Positions 9,799 to 18,775 of a stretch of 64,000 nucleotides of DNA are shown piece by piece (position 1 is the first letter of the stretch; each line of letters begins with the position of its first letter). The position numbers were made by a program, and so were the translations under genes. The DNA lies in NCBI GenBank assembly GCA_050250915.1, contig JBFWNT010000018.1, positions 6,591 through 70,590 on the forward strand, written 5' to 3'. A model generated the notes under the pieces. That model was not told the DNA's origin. It saw only the letters and a list, made by a program, of their open reading frames with translations, and made no database searches. The DNA is from Thermoleophilia bacterium (lineage in GTDB: Bacteria > Actinomycetota > Thermoleophilia > Miltoncostaeales > Miltoncostaeaceae).

Positions 9799-10670
9799 GC
9801 GACGGCGACCCCGACCACGACGGCGCCGACCACCAGGACGGCCGAGAGCGCCCACGCCTGGAGGCCCATCCGGGAGTACGCCAGGTGGCCCTTACCGAAG
9901 TCGGACAGGATGAAGCCGGCGGCGAGGCCGCCCAGGATGCCGCCGATGTGCCCGCCCACCGAGATGCCGGGCAGCGCGAACGTGATGACCAGGTTCAGCA
10001 GCAGCAGGGCGCCGACGCTGGATCCGAGGAGCGCCACCCCGCGCTGGCGCTCCAGCAGGAACAGGGCGGCCATCAGGCCGAACACCCCGCCGGAGGCCCC
10101 GATGGTGAGCGAGTCGGGGTTCACGAGCAGCGCGCCCGCCGACCCCCAGAGGATCGCCGCGAAGTAGATCACCAGCATCCGGGCGGCCCCGGCGTAGCGC
10201 TCCAGCGCGCCGCCGAGCACCCACAGCAGCCACATGTTGAACGCGATGTGGATCAGCCCGGCGTGCAGGAAGCCGGCCGTGACCATGCGATACCACTCGC
10301 CGTCGGCGACGGCGCCGGCGTAGAGGCCGCCGTCCTGGACGATCTGCGCGTCGCCGAGCCCGCGGACGGTGACGCCCTGGGCCATCTCCACCAGGAACAC
10401 GAGGATGTTCACCACCACGAGCACCGTGGTGGCGATGGGGAGGTCGCCCCGCGCCTGGGCCACCCGCACCCGCGCCGCGGGCGTCGGGGTGGTGCGGGTG
10501 GAGCGGTCGCCGCGGGCGCACTCGGGGCACCGGACGCCCACCGCCGCCTGCGTCATGCACGACGTGCAGATCGGCCGCTCGCAGTTGGAGCAGCTCAGCA
10601 GCGTCTCGCGGTCGGGATGGCGGTAGCAGCGCATCACGTCCGGGGCGCTGGTCTCGGGGGGTGACGCCAT
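9795..10670 (-). CDS. rhomboid intramembrane serine protease with N-terminal B-box-like zinc finger
   Basis: CYRHPDRET..CSNCERPIC..C; GASGG (Ser) and GHIGG (His). Confidence 0.93.
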   Translation of the reverse strand: MASPPETSAPDVMRCYRHPDRETLLSCSNCERPICTSCMTQAAVGVRCPECARGDRSTRTTPTPAARVRVAQARGDLPIATTVLVVVNILVFLVEMAQGVTVRGLGDAQIVQDGGLYAGAVADGEWYRMVTAGFLHAGLIHIAFNMWLLWVLGGALERYAGAARMLVIYFAAILWGSAGALLVNPDSLTIGASGGVFGLMAALFLLERQRGVALLGSSVGALLLLNLVITFALPGISVGGHIGGILGGLAAGFILSDFGKGHLAYSRMGLQAWALSAVLVVGAVVVGVAVA

Positions 10671-10795
10671 CCGCTCTGATCGTAGCGGGGAGGTCGCGGA
10701 CGGGTTGCCATGCGGTCACGGCCGTGGCACCCTCCCCGCCGATTCCCGATGAGCCGTCCGCCGTGACCCCGCGGGCAACGCGCGAAGGAGCGAGG

Positions 10796-11158
10796 TTGGT
10801 CGCGGCTGCTGATGTTGTGGGAGGCCCTGCGGCCCCGGACGGGGGGCTGCGCATCGACGTGGCCGCCGGCCCGGCCGGCCCCCGGCTGGTGTTCGTGGGT
10901 GACCTCGACCTGGCGGGGGTGGCCGCGGCGGACGCGGCGATCCGCGACGCCATGGCCGGGCCGGGCGAGGTGACGATCGACCTCACCCGCCTCGAGTTCA
11001 TCGGCAGCGAGGGGATCCGCGTGGTGCTGCGGGCGCGGGAGCGGGCCGACGCCGAGGGGCGCGGGCTGCGCGTGGCGGCGGGCGACGGCCCGGCGCGGCG
11101 GCTCATCGACATCCTGGGCCTGGCGGAGCGGCTCGGCGTGGACGGGGACCCCCGCTGA
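10796..11158 (+). CDS. STAS domain protein (anti-sigma factor antagonist)
   Basis: GDLDLA..IDLTRLEFIGSEGIRVVL; TTG 10796 follows a GAAGGAG RBS (start uncertain). Confidence 0.85.
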   Translation: MVAAADVVGGPAAPDGGLRIDVAAGPAGPRLVFVGDLDLAGVAAADAAIRDAMAGPGEVTIDLTRLEFIGSEGIRVVLRARERADAEGRGLRVAAGDGPARRLIDILGLAERLGVDGDPR

Positions 11159-11889
11159 CCGCCCTGGCCGGCCACATCGCGCCGGACGCGCTGGCGTCGA
11201 GCCTGGACGCCCTGACGGGGCGCGGCGATCCCCCGACGTTCGAGGACGGCCTGGCGGCGGTCATCGACGCGGTCCGGATCCTGTTCGCCGTGACGGGGTG
11301 CGGGCTGATGCTGGTGGGCGACGACGGCGAGCTGCGGCACGTCGGCGCCACCGACGACGCCGCGCGGGCGCTCGAGTCGGCCCAGGAGGAGCTGGGCGAG
11401 GGCCCGTGCGTCGACTGCTTCGTGCTCGGCGAGACGGTCGCCACGCCTGACGTGATGTCCGACGCGCGCTGGACGCGCCTGCCGGAGCGGATCCGGGGCC
11501 ACGCGATCGGCGGCGTCCTGGGCACCCCGACCCTCCTCGGCGGGCAGCCCGTCGGGTCCCTCAACGTGTACCGGGACGGCCCCTACGACTGGGACGAGAG
11601 CGACGCGGCGGCCGTCGCGAGCTTCAACCTGGTCCTGGAGGGCCTGCTGGGTCGCGCGGTGGCGGCGCGCCGCGACGAGCTCGTCGTGTCCCAGCTCCAG
11701 GGCGCCCTCGACCGGCGGGTGGTCATCGAACGGGCCGTCGGCGCCCTCATGGAGCGCCACCGCGTCTCGGCGGTCACGGCGTTCACGGCCCTCCGCCGCG
11801 CCGCGAGGGACCGGCGGGAGGCGGTCGCCCGCGTGGGCGCCGACGTCCTCGAGGGCGCCGACGTCCCCGTGGGGCACTCCCTCCGCTGA
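11155..11889 (+). CDS. GAF-ANTAR RNA-binding regulator
   Basis: GAF (GCGLMLV..GEGPCVDC..GSLNVY) plus ANTAR (QLQGALDRRVVIERAVGALM). Frame stays open upstream to CTG 11155, overlapping the STAS stop. Confidence 0.88.
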   Translation: MTALAGHIAPDALASSLDALTGRGDPPTFEDGLAAVIDAVRILFAVTGCGLMLVGDDGELRHVGATDDAARALESAQEELGEGPCVDCFVLGETVATPDVMSDARWTRLPERIRGHAIGGVLGTPTLLGGQPVGSLNVYRDGPYDWDESDAAAVASFNLVLEGLLGRAVAARRDELVVSQLQGALDRRVVIERAVGALMERHRVSAVTAFTALRRAARDRREAVARVGADVLEGADVPVGHSLR

Positions 11890-11906
11890 CGGACGCCGGC
11901 CCCCGT

Positions 11907-12236
11907 CAGAACCCCTTCTGAAGGGTCCCGGTACCGCAGGCCGCCGATGGGGAGCCCCGTCCCGTCCCAACTGGGACTCCCGGTCAGCGCCAAGTGGGAA
12001 ACGGACCCTCATCGAGGGCGGTGCACCGAGGGGGCCCACGCCGGTCTGTCGCCGCAGGGGCCGCCGCCGTCCCGATTGGGACTCCCTGGTCTCAATTGCA
12101 CCAGGGCTGCCCCGGCCTCGACATGACCTCGGACCAGAACCCCTTCAGTGAGGGGTTCCCGGCATGCCAGACCGCCACCGAACCGGACGCCGCGTCCCGA
12201 ACCGAGTGTGACTCGCGGTCAGTCCCAAGTGGGAAA
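11907..12236. repeat. degenerate tandem duplication of a ~100-nt hairpin-rich unit
   Basis: CAGAACCCCTTC at 11907 and 12135; GGTCAG.. CCAAGTGGGAAA at 11982 and 12217; GTCCC-N4-GGGA palindromes at 11964, 12069, 12222. Confidence 0.75.
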
Positions 12237-12250
12237 TCCGGGACGGCGCC

Positions 12251-12271
12251 GACCGGGCGCCCTGCCCGGTC
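12251..12271. terminator. GC-rich hairpin at the 3' end of the minus-strand gene (possible terminator)
   Basis: GACCGGGC-gccct-GCCCGGTC, a perfect 8-bp stem next to the stop at 12270; no U-tract. Confidence 0.45.
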
Positions 12272-12632
12272 AGATCAGGCGGCGGGGGCGGGCGTCACGG
12301 GCGTGCCTGCGCCGTGAGCGGCGCACCGCGATCAGGCTGAAGACCCCGGCGCCGACCAGGCCGATGGCGGTGCGGGTGGGGCTCACCCACCAGCAGACGC
12401 CGAGCACGCCGATGGTGAGGGCGGCGATCGCCAGGCGGGCCCGCAGGCGCAGCGCCCGCTCGGACCGACCCCTCGTCGGCACGGAGGCCTCGAAACGGGC
12501 GATCGCGAGCTGCTCCTCGAGGCTGCGGGCCCCGTGCGTCGCCGGCGGCGCGGACAGGTCGGCCCACCCCTCCCGGACGGCCACGTCGGCCACCAGCGCC
12601 AGCTCGTCGTCCGTGGGCATGCTGACGGTCAT
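12270..12632 (-). CDS. hypothetical membrane protein (two C-terminal TM helices)
   Basis: MTVSMPTDDELALV.. after a GGGGAC RBS; it is the tail of the long shadow ORF 12270..17435. Confidence 0.6.
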   Translation of the reverse strand: MTVSMPTDDELALVADVAVREGWADLSAPPATHGARSLEEQLAIARFEASVPTRGRSERALRLRARLAIAALTIGVLGVCWWVSPTRTAIGLVGAGVFSLIAVRRSRRRHARDARPRRLI

Positions 12633-12788
12633 GTCCCCGCGCATCGGCCTGCACCCGGCGGACTTGAGGGATCCGTACCGGCGCGTTGACCTCCGCCTCC
12701 GCCATGGCAATACTGGCCCTTCGCAGCCGGCCCCGGGGTGGGCCGGCGTCAGCGTGTCCAGCCGGACCCCAGACCGAGAGGCCCGCGC

Positions 12789-15700
12789 ATGACCGTACCG
12801 CCCCCGTTCGCCACCCAGCCGCCTGCCGGCCTCCCGGATCTGATCGAACACGACGCCTGCGCGCTCGCGGCCTTCGCGACGCGTGACGGCTCGCCGAGCC
12901 GACGCATGGTCGAGATCGCCCTGACGTCGCTCCAGATGATGGTCCACCGCTCCGGGAGCGTCGATGGCGAGGGTGACGGGAGCGGACTGCTCGTCGACCT
13001 CCCCCGGCCCCAGTGGCGCCGCCGCCTGGAGTCGGAGGGCCTCGACCCGGCCGCGGCCGACGACAAGGCCTTCACGGTCGCCCACATCTTCTTCGACACC
13101 TCCGAGGACGCCGGGGCCCAGGTGCCGCGGATCGAGGAGATCCTGCGCGACCACGGCTTCCAGGTGCTGTGGAGCGGCGAGGGCACGGTCGACCGCTCGG
13201 CGCTCGGCCCCCGGGCGTCCGAGACGCCGCCGATCTTCTGGCAGATCGCCTGCCTGGCCGACGAGCCGGGTCCCGAGGCGTCCATGAACTGCTACCGGGC
13301 GATGGTGCACATCGAGCGCGACCTCACCTGTCACGTGGCGTCGTTCTCCGCGAACGACGCCGTCTACAAGGTGCAGGGCCAGCCCGAGGTGATCCCGCGC
13401 TTCTACCCGGAGATGGGCGAGGAGGACTTCGCCTCGGCGCGGATCATCGCCCACAACCGCTACTCCACGAACACGTACCCCACGTTCAGCCGGGTGCAGC
13501 CGTTCTCGATCCTCGGCCACAACGGCGAGATCAACACCATCGCCCAGCTCCGCGAGCAGAGCGAGCAGCTCGGCCTGCCCATCTCGCGCCTCGGCTCCGA
13601 CTCCCAGGACCTGAACCGCCTGCTCGAGGGCCTCATCTTCGAGAAGGGCCTGTCGCTGCTGGAGGCCGTCGAGTTCGCGCTCCCGCCGATCCTCGGCGAG
13701 GTGCACCGCCTGCCGGCGAAGCTCCAGGACCTCTACGTCCACTACCGCGAGGCGCTCGGCCCGTACGCGCAGGGCCCCGTGGCCCTCGCCTGCCGCGCGA
13801 AGGACGAGATGGTCTTCGCGGTCGACGCGATGGGCCTGCGCCCCCTGTGGTGGATCGAGACGGGCGACATGTACGTCGTCTCGTCGGAGCCGGGGATCAT
13901 CCCGGTGTCCGAGCTCACCCGTGACCCCGCCCCCCTCGCCCCCGGGGAGAAGGTGGCCCTGGTCGGCGACGCCGACGGCGTGCCGCGGGTGCTCGACTAC
14001 TGGGAGCTCCAGCGCGAGGTCTACAACCGCGCCAAGGGCCGCGGCGCGCTGCCCAGCGCCGAGACCCGCGCCCGCCTCGCCGGCGGCCTCGAGCCCGTCG
14101 CCGTCGAGGAGGTCCCCGACGACGACCTGGCCGAGCCGGAGCTCGAGCTGGAGACCCTGCTCGCCTCGGCGGGCTGGATCGAGAGCGACCGCCAGCAGCT
14201 CCAATTCCATGCCGACCGCGGCGCCGAGCCGATCGGCTCGCTCGGCTGGGACGGCCCCCTGGGCCCGTTCACCCCGGTCCCGATGCCGCTCTCCGACTAC
14301 CTCCAGGAGACCGTCGCCGTCGTCACCAACCCGGCGATCGACCGCGAGCGCGAGGTGGAGCACTTCTCCACCCGCGTCGTGCTCGGCCGGCGGCCCCCCA
14401 TCGAGGGCGTCGAGCCGGAGCCGCCGCAGCGCTGCGAGCTGCGCATGCCGATCATCCTCGGCGGGATGCGGCCCGGCACCACGCCGCTGTCGCTGCCGGA
14501 GATGCGCCGCGTGGCCGTGGGCCAGGGCGTCGCCTGCATGGAGGACGTGCTCGCCGCGTGGGACTGGCGCGCCGCCACCCTGCCCCTGCACTTCCCCGCC
14601 GACACGGGTGTCGCGGACCACCTGACGCACCTGGCGGAGGCCGCGGTCGCCGCCGTCCAGACCGGCGCCGAGCTGCTCGTGCTGAGCGACATGGCCGCCG
14701 GCCCGGACGACAAGGTGTGCGACCCGCACCTCGCCGTCGCCGCGGTCGACAAGGCCCTGCGCGAGGCCCGCAAGGACGACGGCTCCTCGTGGCGCCGCGA
14801 CGCCAGCCTCGTGCTCCAGGCCGCCGGCATCCGCAACGTCCACGACGTGATGGTGGCCCTCGGCTTCGGCGCCCAGGCGCTGTGCCCCTACGCGATGATG
14901 GAGCGGGCGGTCAACGACTCGCCCGAGCCGTCGAAGGCCGCCACCAACGTGCTCGAGGGCCTCCAGAAGGGCATGGAGAAGGTCCTCTCCACCCTCGGCA
15001 TCCACGAGCTGCGCGGCTACGGCCGCCTGGTGTCCGCCATCGGCGTCGCGCCGGAGGTGCTCGACATCCTGGCGATCCCGGGCTTCTGCGCCTCGGAGGG
15101 CCGCGGCCTGGACCTGGCGGCGCTCGACGCGCTGGCCGAGCAGGGCCGCGAGATCCGGGCGGGCGAGGAGAGCCCGTCGAAGGTGAAGCTGCCGCGGATG
15201 TACCCGAAGGTCTGGAAGGCGCTCGCCCGCGTGGCGAACGACGAGTGGACCTACGACGAGTACCGCGAGGCGCTCGACAAGCTCGAGGTGGAGCAGCCCG
15301 TGGCCCTCCGCCACGCCGTGCAGCCGCAGCTGGCGCCGGAGGCCGAGCGGGTCCCCGCCGACCAGGTCAGCTCCCGCGTCGGCGAGCACACGCTGCCGTT
15401 CCTGATCAGCTCCATGAGCTTCGGCTCCCAGGGCGAGACGGCGTTCCGCGCCTACGCCGAGGCCGCCGCGCAGGCCGACATGCTCTGCATGAACGGCGAG
15501 GGCGGCGAGATCCACGACATGTACGGCAAGTACCCGAAGCACCGGGGCCAGCAGATCGCCTCGGGCCGCTTCGGCGTGTCGTCGCTGCTGATCAACTCGT
15601 CCGAGTGGGTCGAGATCAAGATCGGCCAGGGCGCCAAGCCCGGCGAGGGCGGCCACCTGCCGGGGTCGAAGGTGACCCAGGCGATCGCCGCCGCACGGAA

Positions 15701-17492
15701 CGCGCAGGTGGGGTCGGACCTCATCAGCCCGTCCAACAACCACGACCTCTACTCCATCGAGGACCTGGCGCAGCTCATCGACGAGCTCAAGACGTCGAAC
15801 CCGCACGCCAAGGTCATCGTGAAGGTCCCGGTGGTGCCCGGCATCGGCACCATCGCCATCGGCATCGCCAAGGCGGGCGCCGACGTCATCACGATGTCGG
15901 GCTACGACGGCGGCACCGGCGCCGCCCGCCAGCACGCCCTGCGGCGCGCCGGCCTGCCCTGCGAGATCGGGACGGTGCTGGCGCACCACGCCCTCACCGA
16001 GGCGGGCATCCGCGACCGGGTGGAGATCTGGGCGGACGGCGGCCTGCGGACCGCGGCGGACGCCGTGAAGCTCATCTGCATGGGCGCGAACCGGCTCGGC
16101 TTCGGCACCGCGTCGATGGTCGCCATCGGGTGCACCATCTGCCGCGGCTGCCAGCTCGACACCTGCCACGTGGGCATCGCCACCCAGCTCGACGAGCACG
16201 AGGCCCGCGAGCGCGGCCTCAAGCGCTTCGTCCCGCGGGTGTTCGACCCGTCGGTGGACACGCTCGTCCGCTACTTCACCCAGATGGGCGCCGCGCTCCG
16301 CGAGCTGGCGGGCGAGATGGGCGTCAGCGAGGTGCAGGAGCTGGTGGGCCAGGCCGACCGCCTCGTGCAGGTCTCCCACCACGACCGCCTGGACCTGACC
16401 AGCCTGCTCACCCCGGTCGCCGAGCGCGTCATCACCTCGCCGGCCGGCACGCCCCGCTTCTTCCGGCCGTTCCACCCGCCGCCGCCCCACCGGGCGCCGG
16501 AGGTGGCCGCCGAGCGCCTCGCCGCGGGGTCCGCCCTCGCGGTGGAGGAGGAGACGACCACCGCCGCCGACCGCAACCTCGGCACCGACCTGGCCGGCCT
16601 CATCGCCCGCGCGACCACCGGTGTGAACAACGCCTGGGTCAACGGCGAGAGCGTCGCCGCGGCAGCGACCGGCGTGGACGACCCGGCCGGCAACAGCGCC
16701 GCGGATGCGGAGGGCTACGGCATCGCCGGCACCAACGGCCACGCCAACGGGACCGGCAACGGTCACCGCCAGACGCTGGTGGACCTCGCGTTCACCAAGG
16801 GCGCGGCGGCCGGCAGCGGGCTGGCGGCCTTCACGCTGGAGGGCGTCCGCATCCGGGTGTTCGGCGGCGCGCAGGACGGCGTCGGCAAGTGCGCCCTCGG
16901 CGGCGAGATCCAGGTGCTGAAGGCGCAGAACGCCGCCGGCGACTGGGTCGGCGGCCACGTCGGCAAGAGCTTCGCCTACGGCGCCCAGCGCGGCCTGTTC
17001 CTCATCCAGGGGGACGCCGACGCGCGGGCGGGCATCCGCATGTCGGGCGCCGACATGGTGCTCGGCGGCGAGCCGTCCGAGCCGCTCAACGACCGCCTCG
17101 GCACGCTGGCGGCCCGCGCCAACTGCAAGGGCTTCGCGTTCGAGTACATGACCGGCGGCCGCGTCGTGGTGCTCGGCGACCCGGGCCCGTGGCTGTGCTC
17201 CGGCATGACCGGCGGCGTCGTGTACGTCCGCCAGAACCCGGAGTGGAACCTCGACGAGTCGGCCGTCCGCCGTCGCCTCTCGAAGGCGGCGAAGGTCAGC
17301 ATCCAGCCCGTCGAGGAGTCCGACGCGGCGACGATCCAGGAGCTCCTCGGCGCCTACCGCGACGCGCTGCGCGCGGGCGGCCAGACCGAGGCGGCCGACG
17401 GGCTCGCCCCGCTCCTGGACGACCCGGCCGGGCACTTCATCACGATCCTGCCGGTCACCCAGCAGGCCGACCCGAACATCTCGACCGAGTAG
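12789..17492 (+). CDS. gltB: glutamate synthase large subunit (GATase + FMN domain + GXGXG)
   Basis: EHDAC (Ntn Cys), HNRYSTNT, HNGEINT, SSMSFGS, QIASGRFGV, EIKIGQGAKPGEGGHLPG, CTICRGCQLDTCHVGIATQ (3Fe-4S), FEYMTGG. Confidence 0.95.
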   Translation: MTVPPPFATQPPAGLPDLIEHDACALAAFATRDGSPSRRMVEIALTSLQMMVHRSGSVDGEGDGSGLLVDLPRPQWRRRLESEGLDPAAADDKAFTVAHIFFDTSEDAGAQVPRIEEILRDHGFQVLWSGEGTVDRSALGPRASETPPIFWQIACLADEPGPEASMNCYRAMVHIERDLTCHVASFSANDAVYKVQGQPEVIPRFYPEMGEEDFASARIIAHNRYSTNTYPTFSRVQPFSILGHNGEINTIAQLREQSEQLGLPISRLGSDSQDLNRLLEGLIFEKGLSLLEAVEFALPPILGEVHRLPAKLQDLYVHYREALGPYAQGPVALACRAKDEMVFAVDAMGLRPLWWIETGDMYVVSSEPGIIPVSELTRDPAPLAPGEKVALVGDADGVPRVLDYWELQREVYNRAKGRGALPSAETRARLAGGLEPVAVEEVPDDDLAEPELELETLLASAGWIESDRQQLQFHADRGAEPIGSLGWDGPLGPFTPVPMPLSDYLQETVAVVTNPAIDREREVEHFSTRVVLGRRPPIEGVEPEPPQRCELRMPIILGGMRPGTTPLSLPEMRRVAVGQGVACMEDVLAAWDWRAATLPLHFPADTGVADHLTHLAEAAVAAVQTGAELLVLSDMAAGPDDKVCDPHLAVAAVDKALREARKDDGSSWRRDASLVLQAAGIRNVHDVMVALGFGAQALCPYAMMERAVNDSPEPSKAATNVLEGLQKGMEKVLSTLGIHELRGYGRLVSAIGVAPEVLDILAIPGFCASEGRGLDLAALDALAEQGREIRAGEESPSKVKLPRMYPKVWKALARVANDEWTYDEYREALDKLEVEQPVALRHAVQPQLAPEAERVPADQVSSRVGEHTLPFLISSMSFGSQGETAFRAYAEAAAQADMLCMNGEGGEIHDMYGKYPKHRGQQIASGRFGVSSLLINSSEWVEIKIGQGAKPGEGGHLPGSKVTQAIAAARNAQVGSDLISPSNNHDLYSIEDLAQLIDELKTSNPHAKVIVKVPVVPGIGTIAIGIAKAGADVITMSGYDGGTGAARQHALRRAGLPCEIGTVLAHHALTEAGIRDRVEIWADGGLRTAADAVKLICMGANRLGFGTASMVAIGCTICRGCQLDTCHVGIATQLDEHEARERGLKRFVPRVFDPSVDTLVRYFTQMGAALRELAGEMGVSEVQELVGQADRLVQVSHHDRLDLTSLLTPVAERVITSPAGTPRFFRPFHPPPPHRAPEVAAERLAAGSALAVEEETTTAADRNLGTDLAGLIARATTGVNNAWVNGESVAAAATGVDDPAGNSAADAEGYGIAGTNGHANGTGNGHRQTLVDLAFTKGAAAGSGLAAFTLEGVRIRVFGGAQDGVGKCALGGEIQVLKAQNAAGDWVGGHVGKSFAYGAQRGLFLIQGDADARAGIRMSGADMVLGGEPSEPLNDRLGTLAARANCKGFAFEYMTGGRVVVLGDPGPWLCSGMTGGVVYVRQNPEWNLDESAVRRRLSKAAKVSIQPVEESDAATIQELLGAYRDALRAGGQTEAADGLAPLLDDPAGHFITILPVTQQADPNISTE

Positions 17493-17494
17493 CG

Positions 17495-18775
17495 ATGTCC
17501 ACCACGCGCCCGGGCCTCCGCGGCCCGGACGACGTCGTGGCCGTGACCGGTGGCCAGGACCGCGGTGCCCGATTCGGGCTCCGCGGTGGCCAGGCCACCA
17601 TCGGCCGCGGCCCCGTGATGGACATCGTGCTGACCGATCCGCACGTGTCGCGGCGCCACGCGGTGCTGCGGCGGGCGGGCGGCGCGATCCTGGTCGACGA
17701 CCTCGGCTCCACGTCGGGCACCGTGGTGAACGGCGTCCGCATCAGCGGGCCGACCACCCTCGCCCCCGGCGACCGGGTGGTCCTGGGCGACACCGAGCTG
17801 ACCGTGCTGACGCCGGGCGAGCAGCCGCCGGAGCCGCCCCCGCCACCACCGCCCGTACCTCCTCCGCCGCCCCCGCCGCCCGCCCCGGCGCCGGCCGCGC
17901 CGCCGGAGACGCGGATCGCGCGCGCCGAGGTCCTGCTGCCGATCGCGACCGGCGCCCTCGGGCTGTTCGCGCTCGTGGGCACCTGGATGCCGGTGGTCGG
18001 CGACGCGCGGGGCACCGACAGCGTGTGGTCGCTCGGCCGGGCGGGCCTGCGGGTGCAGGCCATCGGGGCGGCGCTGATCGTGATGGCCGGGGCGGCGGCG
18101 TGGCTGTTCGCGGCGGCCCGCGGCTCGGGGCCGGTCCCCCGGCTGGTGGCGGCCCTCGCCGCGGCCGTCGGCGGCGGCCTGGTGGCGGGGCTGCCCCTGC
18201 TGCTGGCCGTGGTGCACGTGGAGGACGGGATCACCCGCGAGGCCGGCGTCGTGCTGCTGGCGCTGGCCGGCATGGCCGCCGCGGGCTGCGCGATCGCCGG
18301 GGTGCTCCGCGAGGCGCGCGGGCGCACCGACCCCCCGGGCGAGGCGGGGCTGGCGCTACTGGCCGCCGGCGCCGGCTTCGGGGGCCTGCTGGCGGTGGTG
18401 AGCGGACCGCTCACATGGCTGTCGATCGGCTCGGCCGAGCTCGGCGGCCTGGACAGCGACCTCCGGGCCGGGGGGTGGCTCATCCCCCTGGCGCTCGCGG
18501 TGGTGTGCGCCGGCGGGCTGGCGTTCGCGGTCGCGCGGGCGGGCGAGCCGCGCGCGGCCCTGGCCGTGGCGGCGGGCGCGTGCGCGCTCGCCGCCGCCGC
18601 CCTGACCTACACCACCACGACGGCGGTGATCTTCTCGGACTTCCAGATGGAGATCGGGCTGAGCCTGGCCCTGACGGGCGCCGCGATCGCGCTGGTGAGC
18701 GCGGTGGTGGGGACGGTCACCGCGTTGGCGGTCAGACCCCCGCCGCCTCCGCCGCCCGTTCCCACTCGCGCATGA
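17495..18775 (+). CDS. FHA domain membrane protein
   Basis: IGRG..DPHVSRRHA..DLGSTSGTVVNG (FHA), poly-Pro linker, many TM helices. Confidence 0.88.
   Translation: MSTTRPGLRGPDDVVAVTGGQDRGARFGLRGGQATIGRGPVMDIVLTDPHVSRRHAVLRRAGGAILVDDLGSTSGTVVNGVRISGPTTLAPGDRVVLGDTELTVLTPGEQPPEPPPPPPPVPPPPPPPPAPAPAAPPETRIARAEVLLPIATGALGLFALVGTWMPVVGDARGTDSVWSLGRAGLRVQAIGAALIVMAGAAAWLFAAARGSGPVPRLVAALAAAVGGGLVAGLPLLLAVVHVEDGITREAGVVLLALAGMAAAGCAIAGVLREARGRTDPPGEAGLALLAAGAGFGGLLAVVSGPLTWLSIGSAELGGLDSDLRAGGWLIPLALAVVCAGGLAFAVARAGEPRAALAVAAGACALAAAALTYTTTTAVIFSDFQMEIGLSLALTGAAIALVSAVVGTVTALAVRPPPPPPPVPTRA

Noticed and set aside
11907-12236. T-box, cobalamin or c-di-AMP riboswitch, or CRISPR reading of the intergenic repeat
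   Set aside because: Only fragments match (GGTACCGC, GGGAAATCC). The full consensus elements are missing, it is not 5' of a gene, and the repeats are too irregular for CRISPR, with no cas genes present.
12270-17435. 1721-aa minus-strand ORF
   Set aside because: Antisense shadow of gltB caused by GC3 bias; only the last ~120 codons (12270-12632) look like a real gene. The same applies to most other long overlapping ORFs in the track.
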